Positions 49,109 to 58,976 of a stretch of DNA of 58,976 bases are shown here, in pieces. The stretch is from an uncultured Acetobacteraceae bacterium (GTDB taxonomy: Bacteria; Pseudomonadota; Alphaproteobacteria; Acetobacterales; Acetobacteraceae), in contig CAXTCL010000001.1 of NCBI GenBank assembly GCA_964242035.1, forward strand, positions 1 through 58,976, given 5' to 3'. Under the pieces are notes generated by a model. That model was not told the DNA's origin, made no database searches, and saw only the letters and a list, made by a program, of their open reading frames with translations. Position 1 is the first letter of the stretch, and each line of letters starts with the position of its first letter. The position numbers were made by a program, and so were the translations under genes.

Positions 49109-49341
49109 GCGCCCTCCGTGAAAGCCATCAAACTGACACACGCGGTAACAACCCGCGCGCAACCCTGGCAACCACTTTGATCACGGCTCAGCGATTTTAT
49201 CCACTGTTAACCAAAATACCCGTGTGTAGGGAGGTAATTTATAGGCTCTGTTTCCTAATTTCGCTGCATTTTCGGCTTTTGAAACAGTGTGTAATTTCCT
49301 CGTGGTTAATTTACCAGCGCGTTGCGGAACTACCACAGAGA

Positions 49342-49692
49342 TCACTTGCAGGTCGTAACCATGATCTCCACGAGCAGTGCCGGATCAGCGAGTTCCGCCT
49401 GGACGCATACCCGCGCCGGCGCCTGCCCTTCCGGCAGCCAGGCGGACCAGACCTCGTTCAGCGCCCCACGATCCTTGATGTCCTTCAGCCAGATCTGCGC
49501 CTGCAATATGCGGGTGTTGTCGGTACCGTGTAGCTCCAGCACCTCGTCGATCTGGGCCAGCACATCCCTGGTTTGCCCGGTGATGTCAGCCGACGCGTCG
49601 CGGGCCACCATGCCCTGTGTATAGACGAAGCCGTGATACTCCACGGCCTTTGACAAGATTGCGTTTGCTTCTGTGCGTATGATGCGGCTCAT
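49342..49692 (-). CDS. RidA/YjgF family protein (YoaB-like)
   Basis: QTRDVLAQID, IWLKDI, PARVCVQA, LLVEI. Confidence 0.88.
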   Translation of the reverse strand: MSRIIRTEANAILSKAVEYHGFVYTQGMVARDASADITGQTRDVLAQIDEVLELHGTDNTRILQAQIWLKDIKDRGALNEVWSAWLPEGQAPARVCVQAELADPALLVEIMVTTCK

Positions 49693-49721
49693 GGTTCTAC
49701 CCTCTGTCCGTAAAGCAACAA

Positions 49722-49776
49722 GCAAGCATGGGGCTCTGCCCCAAACCCCGCTGGGGCCTTGACGCCCCAGACCCCC
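49722..49776. repeat. GC-rich double-hairpin REP-like element
   Basis: GCAAGCAT-GGGGC-TCT-GCCCC-AAACCCCG-CTGGGGC-CTTGAC-GCCCCAG-ACCCC. Confidence 0.65.
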
Positions 49777-49784
49777 GAATTTGT

Positions 49785-52476
<2,692 letters not shown>

Positions 52477-52478
52477 AC

Positions 52479-53597
52479 CTACGCCAGCCCGCCCCCGCCC
52501 GTCCGCACGAACTCCGCCTGCCCCCGCAAAGGTGCGAACACCTCCGCATCCGTCCCGGTCAGGAACACCTGCGCCTTCAACCCCGAAAGCTCGTGCCAGA
52601 GGGCGAAGCGCCGCGCCTCATCCAGGTGCACCGCCGGCTCGTCCAGCAATAGCAGCGGCGCCATGCCCCGCGACTCGGCGATCAGGGCCGCATGCGCCAG
52701 CACCACGCCAATCAGCATGGCGCGGCACTGCCCTGTGCTGGCCTGCTGCGCGGACAGACCAGTCGCCGCATCCGTCAACCGCATGTCCGCCCGGTGCGCG
52801 CCCAGCGTGCTGGTGCCGGCCGCCGCATCCGCGCCGCGCCGGTCCGCGAGTTCGGTGCGCAGCCAGCCTTCCACGGCCAGGGCCGGTTCCCTGGCCAGCC
52901 GCTCCGCGACCCCGTCCTCCAGCGCCAGGCGGGCGCGCGGGAAGACGGCCGAGGCCGCCGGCGCCGCGTTCAGCCGCGCCACGAACCCGGCGCGCGCCGC
53001 GGACACCGCCACGGTATGGCGCGCGACGGCTTCCTCCAGCCCGGACAACCAGGCCGGATCGGCCCGCCTGCCAGCCTGGCGCGCGGCGGCCAGCACGCGG
53101 CGGCGTTCTGCCAGCGCGGTGTCGTGCGCGGACACCTCGCGTGCGTGGCCAGGTTCCAGCGCCCAGACCAGACGGTCCAGGAAGCGCCGGCGCCCGCTGG
53201 CCCCCTCGGCGAACAGCGTGTCCATCTGCGGCGTCAGCCAGATCGTGGCGATGCGCGCGGCGAGCTCGGCCTGGCTGCGCGGCTCGGCGCCGTCCAGGCG
53301 GAACACGCGGCGCTCGCCGCCGGCCGCCAGCAGGCCGGTGCCGATATCCGTCCGCGCCGTACCGTCCATCAGCCGGCCGGCCACGGCCCAGGTGCCGGAT
53401 CCGCCGTGCCGCGCCATCTCCGCCAGGCGGGACCGGCCGAAGCCGCGGCCCGGGCTGAGCAGTGCGATCGCTTCCAGCAGGTTCGTCTTGCCCGAGCCGT
53501 TCGGGCCGGTGATCACGGCCATCTGGGCGGAGGGGCGCCAGGTCAGCGCGGCGTAGTTGCGGAAGTCGGTCAGGACCAGGCGGGTCAGGGTCAGCAC
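52479..53597 (-). CDS. recF: DNA replication/repair protein RecF
   Basis: DFRNY, GPNGSGKTNLLEAI, RRRFLDR, STGQ, LLLDE. Confidence 0.93.
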   Translation of the reverse strand: MLTLTRLVLTDFRNYAALTWRPSAQMAVITGPNGSGKTNLLEAIALLSPGRGFGRSRLAEMARHGGSGTWAVAGRLMDGTARTDIGTGLLAAGGERRVFRLDGAEPRSQAELAARIATIWLTPQMDTLFAEGASGRRRFLDRLVWALEPGHAREVSAHDTALAERRRVLAAARQAGRRADPAWLSGLEEAVARHTVAVSAARAGFVARLNAAPAASAVFPRARLALEDGVAERLAREPALAVEGWLRTELADRRGADAAAGTSTLGAHRADMRLTDAATGLSAQQASTGQCRAMLIGVVLAHAALIAESRGMAPLLLLDEPAVHLDEARRFALWHELSGLKAQVFLTGTDAEVFAPLRGQAEFVRTGGGGLA

Positions 53598-53615
53598 CGG
53601 GGGTGCCTACACGAA

Positions 53616-53755
53616 GGAAAGAGGAAAGCAGTTCTTTTTTGAAAAAAAACACCAAAAAACTCTGACTCCGCTGTCGCGGACCTCACCGGAAAGTCGGCGA
53701 CAGCGGAGTCAAAAGTTTTTTGCTTCTTTTTTTCAAAAAAGAAGGCCTTCCTTCC
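53616..53755. repeat. AT-armed palindromic repeat, core type I
   Basis: GACTCCGCTGTCGC..GCGACAGCGGAGTC core with both arms. Confidence 0.9.
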
Positions 53756-53807
53756 TTTCGCTGCATCAGCGAACTACAACAGTGCCAAACGGGGACACCC
53801 ACCGACA

Positions 53808-55172
53808 ATGCCCGACATGGCCATCACCGACCGCCCGATCCCGCCACGCGGCACCGCGAGCAGCACCGACCTGCACCAGATCATCGTGGTAGGCGGCGGT
53901 GCGGCCGGCCTGCAACTGGCTACCAAGCTCGGCGACACGCTGGGCAAACGCGGCCAGGCGCAAGTGACACTGGTGGAGAAGTCGCGTACCCACATCTGGA
54001 AGCCGCTGCTGCACGCCATCGCCGCCGGCGGCATGCGACGCTCCCAGCACGAGCTGAACTACCTGGCCCAGGCACGCTGGCACAACTTCACCTGCCGCCT
54101 AGGCGCGCTGGCCGGAATCGACCGCGTGCGCCGCGAGGTCCAAATCGCCGCCACCTTCGACGACGAGGGCCGCGAGGTAACGCCGCAGCGCAGCTTCCCC
54201 TACGACACGCTGGTGATCGCCGTGGGCTCGGTCACCAACGATTTCGGCACGCCGGGCGCCGCCGAGTTCGCGGTCCCGCTGGAGACCCCCGAGCAGGCGA
54301 CGCGCTTCAACAAGCGCATGGTGAACGCCTGCCTGCGCGCCAACGCCCAGCCGGAGCCGGTGCGCCTCGGCCAGCTTCACGTAGCCATCATCGGCGCCGG
54401 CGCCACCGGTACCGAGCTTGCCGCCGAACTGCACCGCACGGTGCGCGAGGTGGTGGCCTTTGGCATGACTCGCATAGACCCCGCGCGCGACGTGAAGATC
54501 ATCCTGATCGAGGCCGCCCCGCGCATCCTGCCCGCGCTACCGGAACGCATGTCCGCCTCCACGGCCGAGCTGCTTGGCAGCCTCGGCGTGGAGGTGCGCA
54601 CCGGCGCCAAGGTGGCCGAAGTGCGCGCGGACGGCGTGGTGCTGGACGGCGGCGAGGTGATCCCGAGCGAGCTCGTCGTGTGGTCGGCCGGCGTGAAAGG
54701 TCCCGATTTCCTCGCCGATCTCGGCCTGGAGGTGAACCGCATCAACCAGCTCGTGGTGGAACAGACGCTGCGGACCACGCGCGATCCGAACATCTTCGCC
54801 ATCGGCGACTGCGCCGCCTGCCCGCGCGAGGGCTTTCCCAACGGCGTGCCGCCACGCGCTCAGGCCGCCCACCAGATGGCCAGCCACATGATCGCGCAGA
54901 TCAACCTGCGGCTGGACGGCCGACCGCTGAAACCCTTTATCTACCGGGATTTCGGCTCGCTCGTCTCGCTTGGGCGCTACAGCACGGTCGGCAATCTGAT
55001 GGGGTTTGCAGTGGGGCGCGGGCTGTTCATCGAGGGGTATTTCGCGCGGATGATGTACCGATCGCTCTACGCGATGCATCAGGCGGCGCTACACGGGAAC
55101 GGGTCGATGATCTGGCGCACGCTGACTAGCTTTGTTAGCCGGCGGCCGGAGCCTGGAGTGAAGCTGCACTAG
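53808..55172 (+). CDS. ndh: Type II NADH dehydrogenase
   Basis: VVGGGAAGL, HIWKPLLH, IIGAGATGTELAAEL, IFAIGDCA, PPRAQAAHQ. Confidence 0.9.
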   Translation: MPDMAITDRPIPPRGTASSTDLHQIIVVGGGAAGLQLATKLGDTLGKRGQAQVTLVEKSRTHIWKPLLHAIAAGGMRRSQHELNYLAQARWHNFTCRLGALAGIDRVRREVQIAATFDDEGREVTPQRSFPYDTLVIAVGSVTNDFGTPGAAEFAVPLETPEQATRFNKRMVNACLRANAQPEPVRLGQLHVAIIGAGATGTELAAELHRTVREVVAFGMTRIDPARDVKIILIEAAPRILPALPERMSASTAELLGSLGVEVRTGAKVAEVRADGVVLDGGEVIPSELVVWSAGVKGPDFLADLGLEVNRINQLVVEQTLRTTRDPNIFAIGDCAACPREGFPNGVPPRAQAAHQMASHMIAQINLRLDGRPLKPFIYRDFGSLVSLGRYSTVGNLMGFAVGRGLFIEGYFARMMYRSLYAMHQAALHGNGSMIWRTLTSFVSRRPEPGVKLH

Positions 55173-55309
55173 GCAAGGCGAGTAAGGCCTTCTTTTTTGA
55201 AAAAAAGAAGCAAAAAACTTTTGCTCCCTGTCGGCGGGTGCTGAGACAACGCGCGACAGCGGACCAAAAGTTTTTTGCTTTTTCTTCAAAAAAGAAGACC
55301 TTTCTTGCC
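55173..55309. repeat. AT-armed palindromic repeat, core type I
   Basis: Fills the whole gap between two convergent stop codons; core almost identical to the copy at 1-115. Confidence 0.9.
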
Positions 55310-56683
55310 TTACTTCATCAGCTCGATCGACACGCTGCGTTTTTCAAAAAACGCCAAGATCCCCAGCTTCCACCAGGCAAGATCAGGCGACACCGCAGCG
55401 AACCCGGGCGTAAATCCGCAGCCGCTCATGATGCGGCCAGGCGGATCAATGATGAACACCATCGTGTCGCCAGGCGACGTGCCCGAGGCCCAGGTCTGCG
55501 CACGCGCGGAGATCGCCTTGTCCATGCTGCGGTAATCGGCAAGCAACGCCGGTGCTGCCGGCACGAACAACAGAAGAACCGCGGCCGCCCATGCGACGGC
55601 GCCCGCGTTCGAGCGGGTGTGCGGCCAGGCAGCGCCGAAGGCGGCCAGGGCCAGGGTGATGAAGCAGGCGCGCATCGTGTCATGCCGTGCGCAGCAGAGG
55701 CGGCCGAACTGGAAATAGCCGCTTGCCAGGGAGGCGAACGCGGCCAGCAGCAAGGCTGCACCGAACGCCGGCAGCACACGGCCAGCCGCACGAGTATTGC
55801 CGAAAATCCAGTGAGCGCCAAGGAAGATCAACACACGCGAGGCGATCGAAAGCGGCGTGGACGGAGCGGCCCCGCCCGGCAGATCCGGCCGTCCAAGATC
55901 GCCCACAAAGTCCGGAACCGCCCGAAGCAGGGCCGCGACGCCGTGATGCAGAACCAGCGGGTCTGCGCCATCGCCTTCGATCGTGCCCACGCGCCCGTGC
56001 AGCACGAGCGCCAGGTCGACGAGCCCCACAGCCACGCCGGGAAGCAGCCACAACGATTGCCGCCAGGGCGCGCCCGACTGCGCGCACCCGATACAGACGG
56101 CGATGCTCAAGCTGGCGAAAATGCCGACTTCGCTTGAGCCGGCCACAATGAACAAAGCGAGCCCCGCGGCCGTGTGGCGCCGGACCCGCGTGCCCACCCC
56201 ATCCAGCAGAAGCCAGAAAAGCCAGACGGCGCCCGCCAGCGTCGGCACGTAGGACAGGCCGCCGGCCGGCCAGTAGAACACCTCCGTGACGCTGTGCCCG
56301 ACCAGGAAAAGTGCCATCAGGCTGAGCCCCGCCAGGACGCGAGGCAGGCGATGCGCCTCCGCGCGCCAGGCCGGAACCAGGCAAGCGCAGGCGAGCCCTG
56401 CCCACAGCACCGTCATGCAGCTTCCGGCAAGCGGCCTGTGCCATGCCAGGACCGCGGCGCCATACGCACCGTAGAACACGTTGGAGACCAGGCGGGGACT
56501 CCACGTGAGATACCAGTGCAGGTAATAGCCCCAGCCGCCCTCACGCAGGAACGCGAAGACCATGTATTCGTCGCCCTGCCAGCGCGCACGCGGCAGCAGT
56601 GCCGCGTAGGCCGCGATGACGCACAGCATCAGGCAACAGCAGATACCCGGCAGCAACCAGGCGGCCGGCCGGCCGAGCCTCAT
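55310..56683 (-). CDS. Polytopic membrane protein, possibly GT-C glycosyltransferase-like
   Basis: About 10 hydrophobic segments; WQGDEY acidic motif after TM1, WSPRL, FYWPAGGLSY; ATG 56683 overlaps the upstream stop. Confidence 0.6.
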   Translation of the reverse strand: MRLGRPAAWLLPGICCCLMLCVIAAYAALLPRARWQGDEYMVFAFLREGGWGYYLHWYLTWSPRLVSNVFYGAYGAAVLAWHRPLAGSCMTVLWAGLACACLVPAWRAEAHRLPRVLAGLSLMALFLVGHSVTEVFYWPAGGLSYVPTLAGAVWLFWLLLDGVGTRVRRHTAAGLALFIVAGSSEVGIFASLSIAVCIGCAQSGAPWRQSLWLLPGVAVGLVDLALVLHGRVGTIEGDGADPLVLHHGVAALLRAVPDFVGDLGRPDLPGGAAPSTPLSIASRVLIFLGAHWIFGNTRAAGRVLPAFGAALLLAAFASLASGYFQFGRLCCARHDTMRACFITLALAAFGAAWPHTRSNAGAVAWAAAVLLLFVPAAPALLADYRSMDKAISARAQTWASGTSPGDTMVFIIDPPGRIMSGCGFTPGFAAVSPDLAWWKLGILAFFEKRSVSIELMK

Positions 56684-57981
56684 CCGCAAGCGTAGCTGGA
56701 CAGGCTGTCGATGAAAGCGCGTGCGTCAGCGATCTCGTCTATGTTGCCGAGAAGCATTTCGCGCTCAATCGCCTGGCCGTAGCGGCTGTGCGGCGAGACG
56801 CCGGCCACACGCAGCGTCCCGTCCCAGGAAATGCGGCACGTATAATAATCGGGCATACAGAGCGCCGTGTCGTCCGGCGAAGCCTGCGCGGCCGCGCCGG
56901 ATTGTGGCTCCGGCGGCGGCAGGAGCAGTAGCCGGTCCACCGGATAGGATGGCAGGCGCTCGCGCAGGCGCACCCAATCGGCCGCGTCCAGGAACTCGGC
57001 GGCCCGGAACTCTGCCGGGATATAGGGCATGTCAAACGTATAACGAAACTCGACCCTCCACCCGCGGCGCTCCTCCAGCAGGTACGTGGCCAGTCCGGGA
57101 AGTTCATCGACGTTGGATTTATACGCCATCGCGATGTAGCGCAGTTTCGGCGGCGCGGGAACGCGCGCGAACGCATCGAGCAGCTTGTCCCAGTTCTCCT
57201 GGAAGATGCGGTAACGCGCGCCCTTGCGCATGCGCTCGTAGATCGCCGGGTCGCGGCTCTCGATCGAGATGTTGACATTGTACATCCCGCTTTCCGCCAG
57301 CCAGGTGAAATACGAATCCGGCATGCGCTTGGCCAGGTTCGTCGTGTAGAACACCTTCCTCCGGTATTCGCGCGGCACGCTGTCGATGAACGCGGTCAGT
57401 TGCGGATGCAACGTCGGCTCGTGCAGGCAGGAAAACCAGAACTGGCCGTCACGCACGTAAGGCAGCAGCCGCAGCGCGTTCGCCAGCGTCGGCTCCGTCA
57501 TGAAATGCGTGGTGTGGGTGCCCGCGTAGTCATACAGGCAGAACGGGCAACGCAGGTTGCAATTGTCCACGATGTCCATGGCCACATGCAACAGCGGCTC
57601 GAAACTGGTGCGCGGATCGCCGGTGACCGGCAACCCGGTGCGCCCGCCCACGGCGCGGACCGTGATCGCGGCAGGCGCCGCCGGCGGTGCGGACAATCGC
57701 GTGTGGAAACCATGCGCCGCGTCGCCGACGCCGTTGTAATTTAGATGATAGCGATACTGGTCGGCCACGCCCGATCCCAGAACCCGTCCGGTCTGCGTGC
57801 ACACCACCTCGTAAGCCAGGCGCCTGGCCGGGTCGGCCGGGTCCATCATCCAGCCTGCCACATGATCGGCGCTCAGCTCGTCGATAACGCCATCTATCGC
57901 GGGTTCCGGCATCGGCGGAGCGACAGGCGCACTGCGCTCCCGCCACCTACGGCCCAGTTGCGCAATGCTGCCTTGGAACAT
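56680..57981 (-). CDS. Radical SAM protein with extra N-terminal domain
   Basis: CNLRCPFC CxxxCxxC motif, EPTLHP, TTN, NISIES, YERMRKGA. Confidence 0.85.
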   Translation of the reverse strand: MFQGSIAQLGRRWRERSAPVAPPMPEPAIDGVIDELSADHVAGWMMDPADPARRLAYEVVCTQTGRVLGSGVADQYRYHLNYNGVGDAAHGFHTRLSAPPAAPAAITVRAVGGRTGLPVTGDPRTSFEPLLHVAMDIVDNCNLRCPFCLYDYAGTHTTHFMTEPTLANALRLLPYVRDGQFWFSCLHEPTLHPQLTAFIDSVPREYRRKVFYTTNLAKRMPDSYFTWLAESGMYNVNISIESRDPAIYERMRKGARYRIFQENWDKLLDAFARVPAPPKLRYIAMAYKSNVDELPGLATYLLEERRGWRVEFRYTFDMPYIPAEFRAAEFLDAADWVRLRERLPSYPVDRLLLLPPPEPQSGAAAQASPDDTALCMPDYYTCRISWDGTLRVAGVSPHSRYGQAIEREMLLGNIDEIADARAFIDSLSSYACG

Positions 57982-58037
57982 GTCGGGGTGGAGTCCTTGC
58001 TTCGCTTTACCAACCTACGACGGGTTTATCGGGAGAA

Positions 58038-58104
58038 GAAGCAAGGCCTTCTTTTTTGAAAAAAAGAAGCAAAAAACTTTTGACACCGCTGTCGCGGACT
58101 CGAC
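58038..58104. repeat. Half copy of the repeat (left arm plus start of type I core)
   Basis: GAAGCAAGGCCTTCTTTTTTGAAAAAAAGAAGCAAAAAACTTTTGACACCGCTGTCGCG. Confidence 0.85.
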
Positions 58105-58105
58105 G

Positions 58106-58136
58106 AAAAAGGCGCGCCCTGGTCTGGGCGCGCCTT
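58106..58136 (-). terminator. Intrinsic terminator of the DUF2852 gene
   Basis: GGCGCGCCC stem followed by TTTTT on the minus strand just after the stop. Confidence 0.7.
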
Positions 58137-58140
58137 ATGG

Positions 58141-58518
58141 TCAGGCTTGGACGTCTTTGCCGCGGCGGTCGGCCATGAACTGGTCGAACTCGTGCTTGTC
58201 CTTGGCCTGGCGCAGCTTCTCCAGGTATTCGACAAACTCCTTCTGCTCGTCCTCCAGCCGCTTTATCGTCTCGGCGCGATACTCATCGAACGCCGCGTTG
58301 CCGCTGGAGTGCATGCCGCCGAACCGCCAGCCGCGGCCTCGCATGCCGGTGTTGTGCCACTGCCCTCTGGACTGGCAGCGCCACGCCCTCGCCCGGCCGC
58401 TGAACACCACGAACATCAGGGCCGTCAGACCAACCGGCCAGAAGGTCCAGAACCCAAGGATTATCAGCGCGATCCAGGCGCCTTTGCCATACTCATCAAG
58501 CTTCTCGACGATCGGCAC
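58141..58518 (-). CDS. DUF2852-family protein
   Basis: AWIALIILGF..FWPVGL, SSGNAAFDEYRAETIKRLEDEQ..AKDKHEFDQFM; AGGAG RBS. Confidence 0.85.
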   Translation of the reverse strand: MPIVEKLDEYGKGAWIALIILGFWTFWPVGLTALMFVVFSGRARAWRCQSRGQWHNTGMRGRGWRFGGMHSSGNAAFDEYRAETIKRLEDEQKEFVEYLEKLRQAKDKHEFDQFMADRRGKDVQA

Positions 58519-58531
58519 CGCTAGTCTCCTG

Positions 58532-58554
58532 TGTGAATGTGAAACACATTTACA
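58532..58554. promoter_or_regulatory. Palindromic operator upstream of the DUF2852 gene
   Basis: TGTGAATGTG-AAA-CACATTTACA (10-bp arms, 1 mismatch) between a TTGACT promoter-like element and the RBS. Confidence 0.6.
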
Positions 58555-58591
58555 TAGATGGAAGAGCGTCCTCCGGAGTCAAGACCTTCGT

Positions 58592-58976
58592 TCATCCAGC
58601 CGGTTCGAACCGCAAAACCCCCACACGCCGGGCCGGCGTGCCAGCCGGCGCGTCGCTCGGATGCGACACGCCATCCAGCACAGGCACTTCGGCGAAGTCG
58701 AACGGGCTGACACCCTCCAGGCAGGCGGCGTTCACCCCGAACTGCCTGGGGTTGGACCGCCTTTGGTGGTGCGTATAGATGCCGCACACCGAGCAGAAGA
58801 AATGCTGCGCCGTCCCGGTGTTAAAGCTGTAGCACGTCAGTTTGTCCTCGCCCGTCAGGAAGCGCAGGCCGTCGAGCTCGGCCGACACCGCCACCGCGCC
58901 GGGCATCCGGCAGTAGGAACAGGTGCATCGCCGCGCAGTGTTCAGCCTGTCGGTCAGGGTCACTTCGAAGCGCACG
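58592..58976 (-). CDS. GFA family Zn-binding protein (5' end outside the window)
   Basis: CTCSYC, HFFCSVCGIYTHHQRRSNP, VNAACL. Confidence 0.85.
   Translation of the reverse strand, partial: VRFEVTLTDRLNTARRCTCSYCRMPGAVAVSAELDGLRFLTGEDKLTCYSFNTGTAQHFFCSVCGIYTHHQRRSNPRQFGVNAACLEGVSPFDFAEVPVLDGVSHPSDAPAGTPARRVGVLRFEPAG

Noticed and set aside
52479-53808. Replication origin near recF-gyrB
   Set aside because: No dnaA/dnaN or DnaA-box cluster; the AT-rich stretch is just a repeat copy.

Overview
GC-rich alphaproteobacterial chromosomal segment; gene content and protein sequences suggest Acetobacteraceae, probably an anoxygenic phototroph (inference). In order it carries: a glgE-treS/mak-glgB glycogen/trehalose operon; a general stress response locus (phyR, two tandem EcfG-type sigma factors, nepR, HisKA_2 kinase); cydDC; recQ; a thiamine-uptake locus (ThiXYZ-like ABC parts, APH-family kinase, TPP riboswitch, TonB-dependent receptor); HiPIP; a photosynthesis sub-cluster (pufBALMC, bchCXYZ, crtCDEF with PpsR sites); GNAT/nitrilase/SnoaL genes; a lepB paralogue; an hldE-like gene; hrcA, grpE, gyrB, recF, ndh; and a radical SAM/membrane protein pair. 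The most striking unexplained structure is a family of about 21 palindromic elements (full copies about 130-180 bp) with AT-rich arms (REPIN/MITE-like), found in most gene junctions. The arm hairpins show compensatory base changes, there are two interchangeable core types, and the ends often abut stop codons. Two copies appear to be translated in-frame at the N-terminus of real genes (thiY, crtF). Also notable: a PufX-like N-terminal helix on the tetraheme PufC, and a TPP riboswitch with an extra hairpin in J2/4. All coordinates and counts were read by eye; repeat boundaries are approximate.
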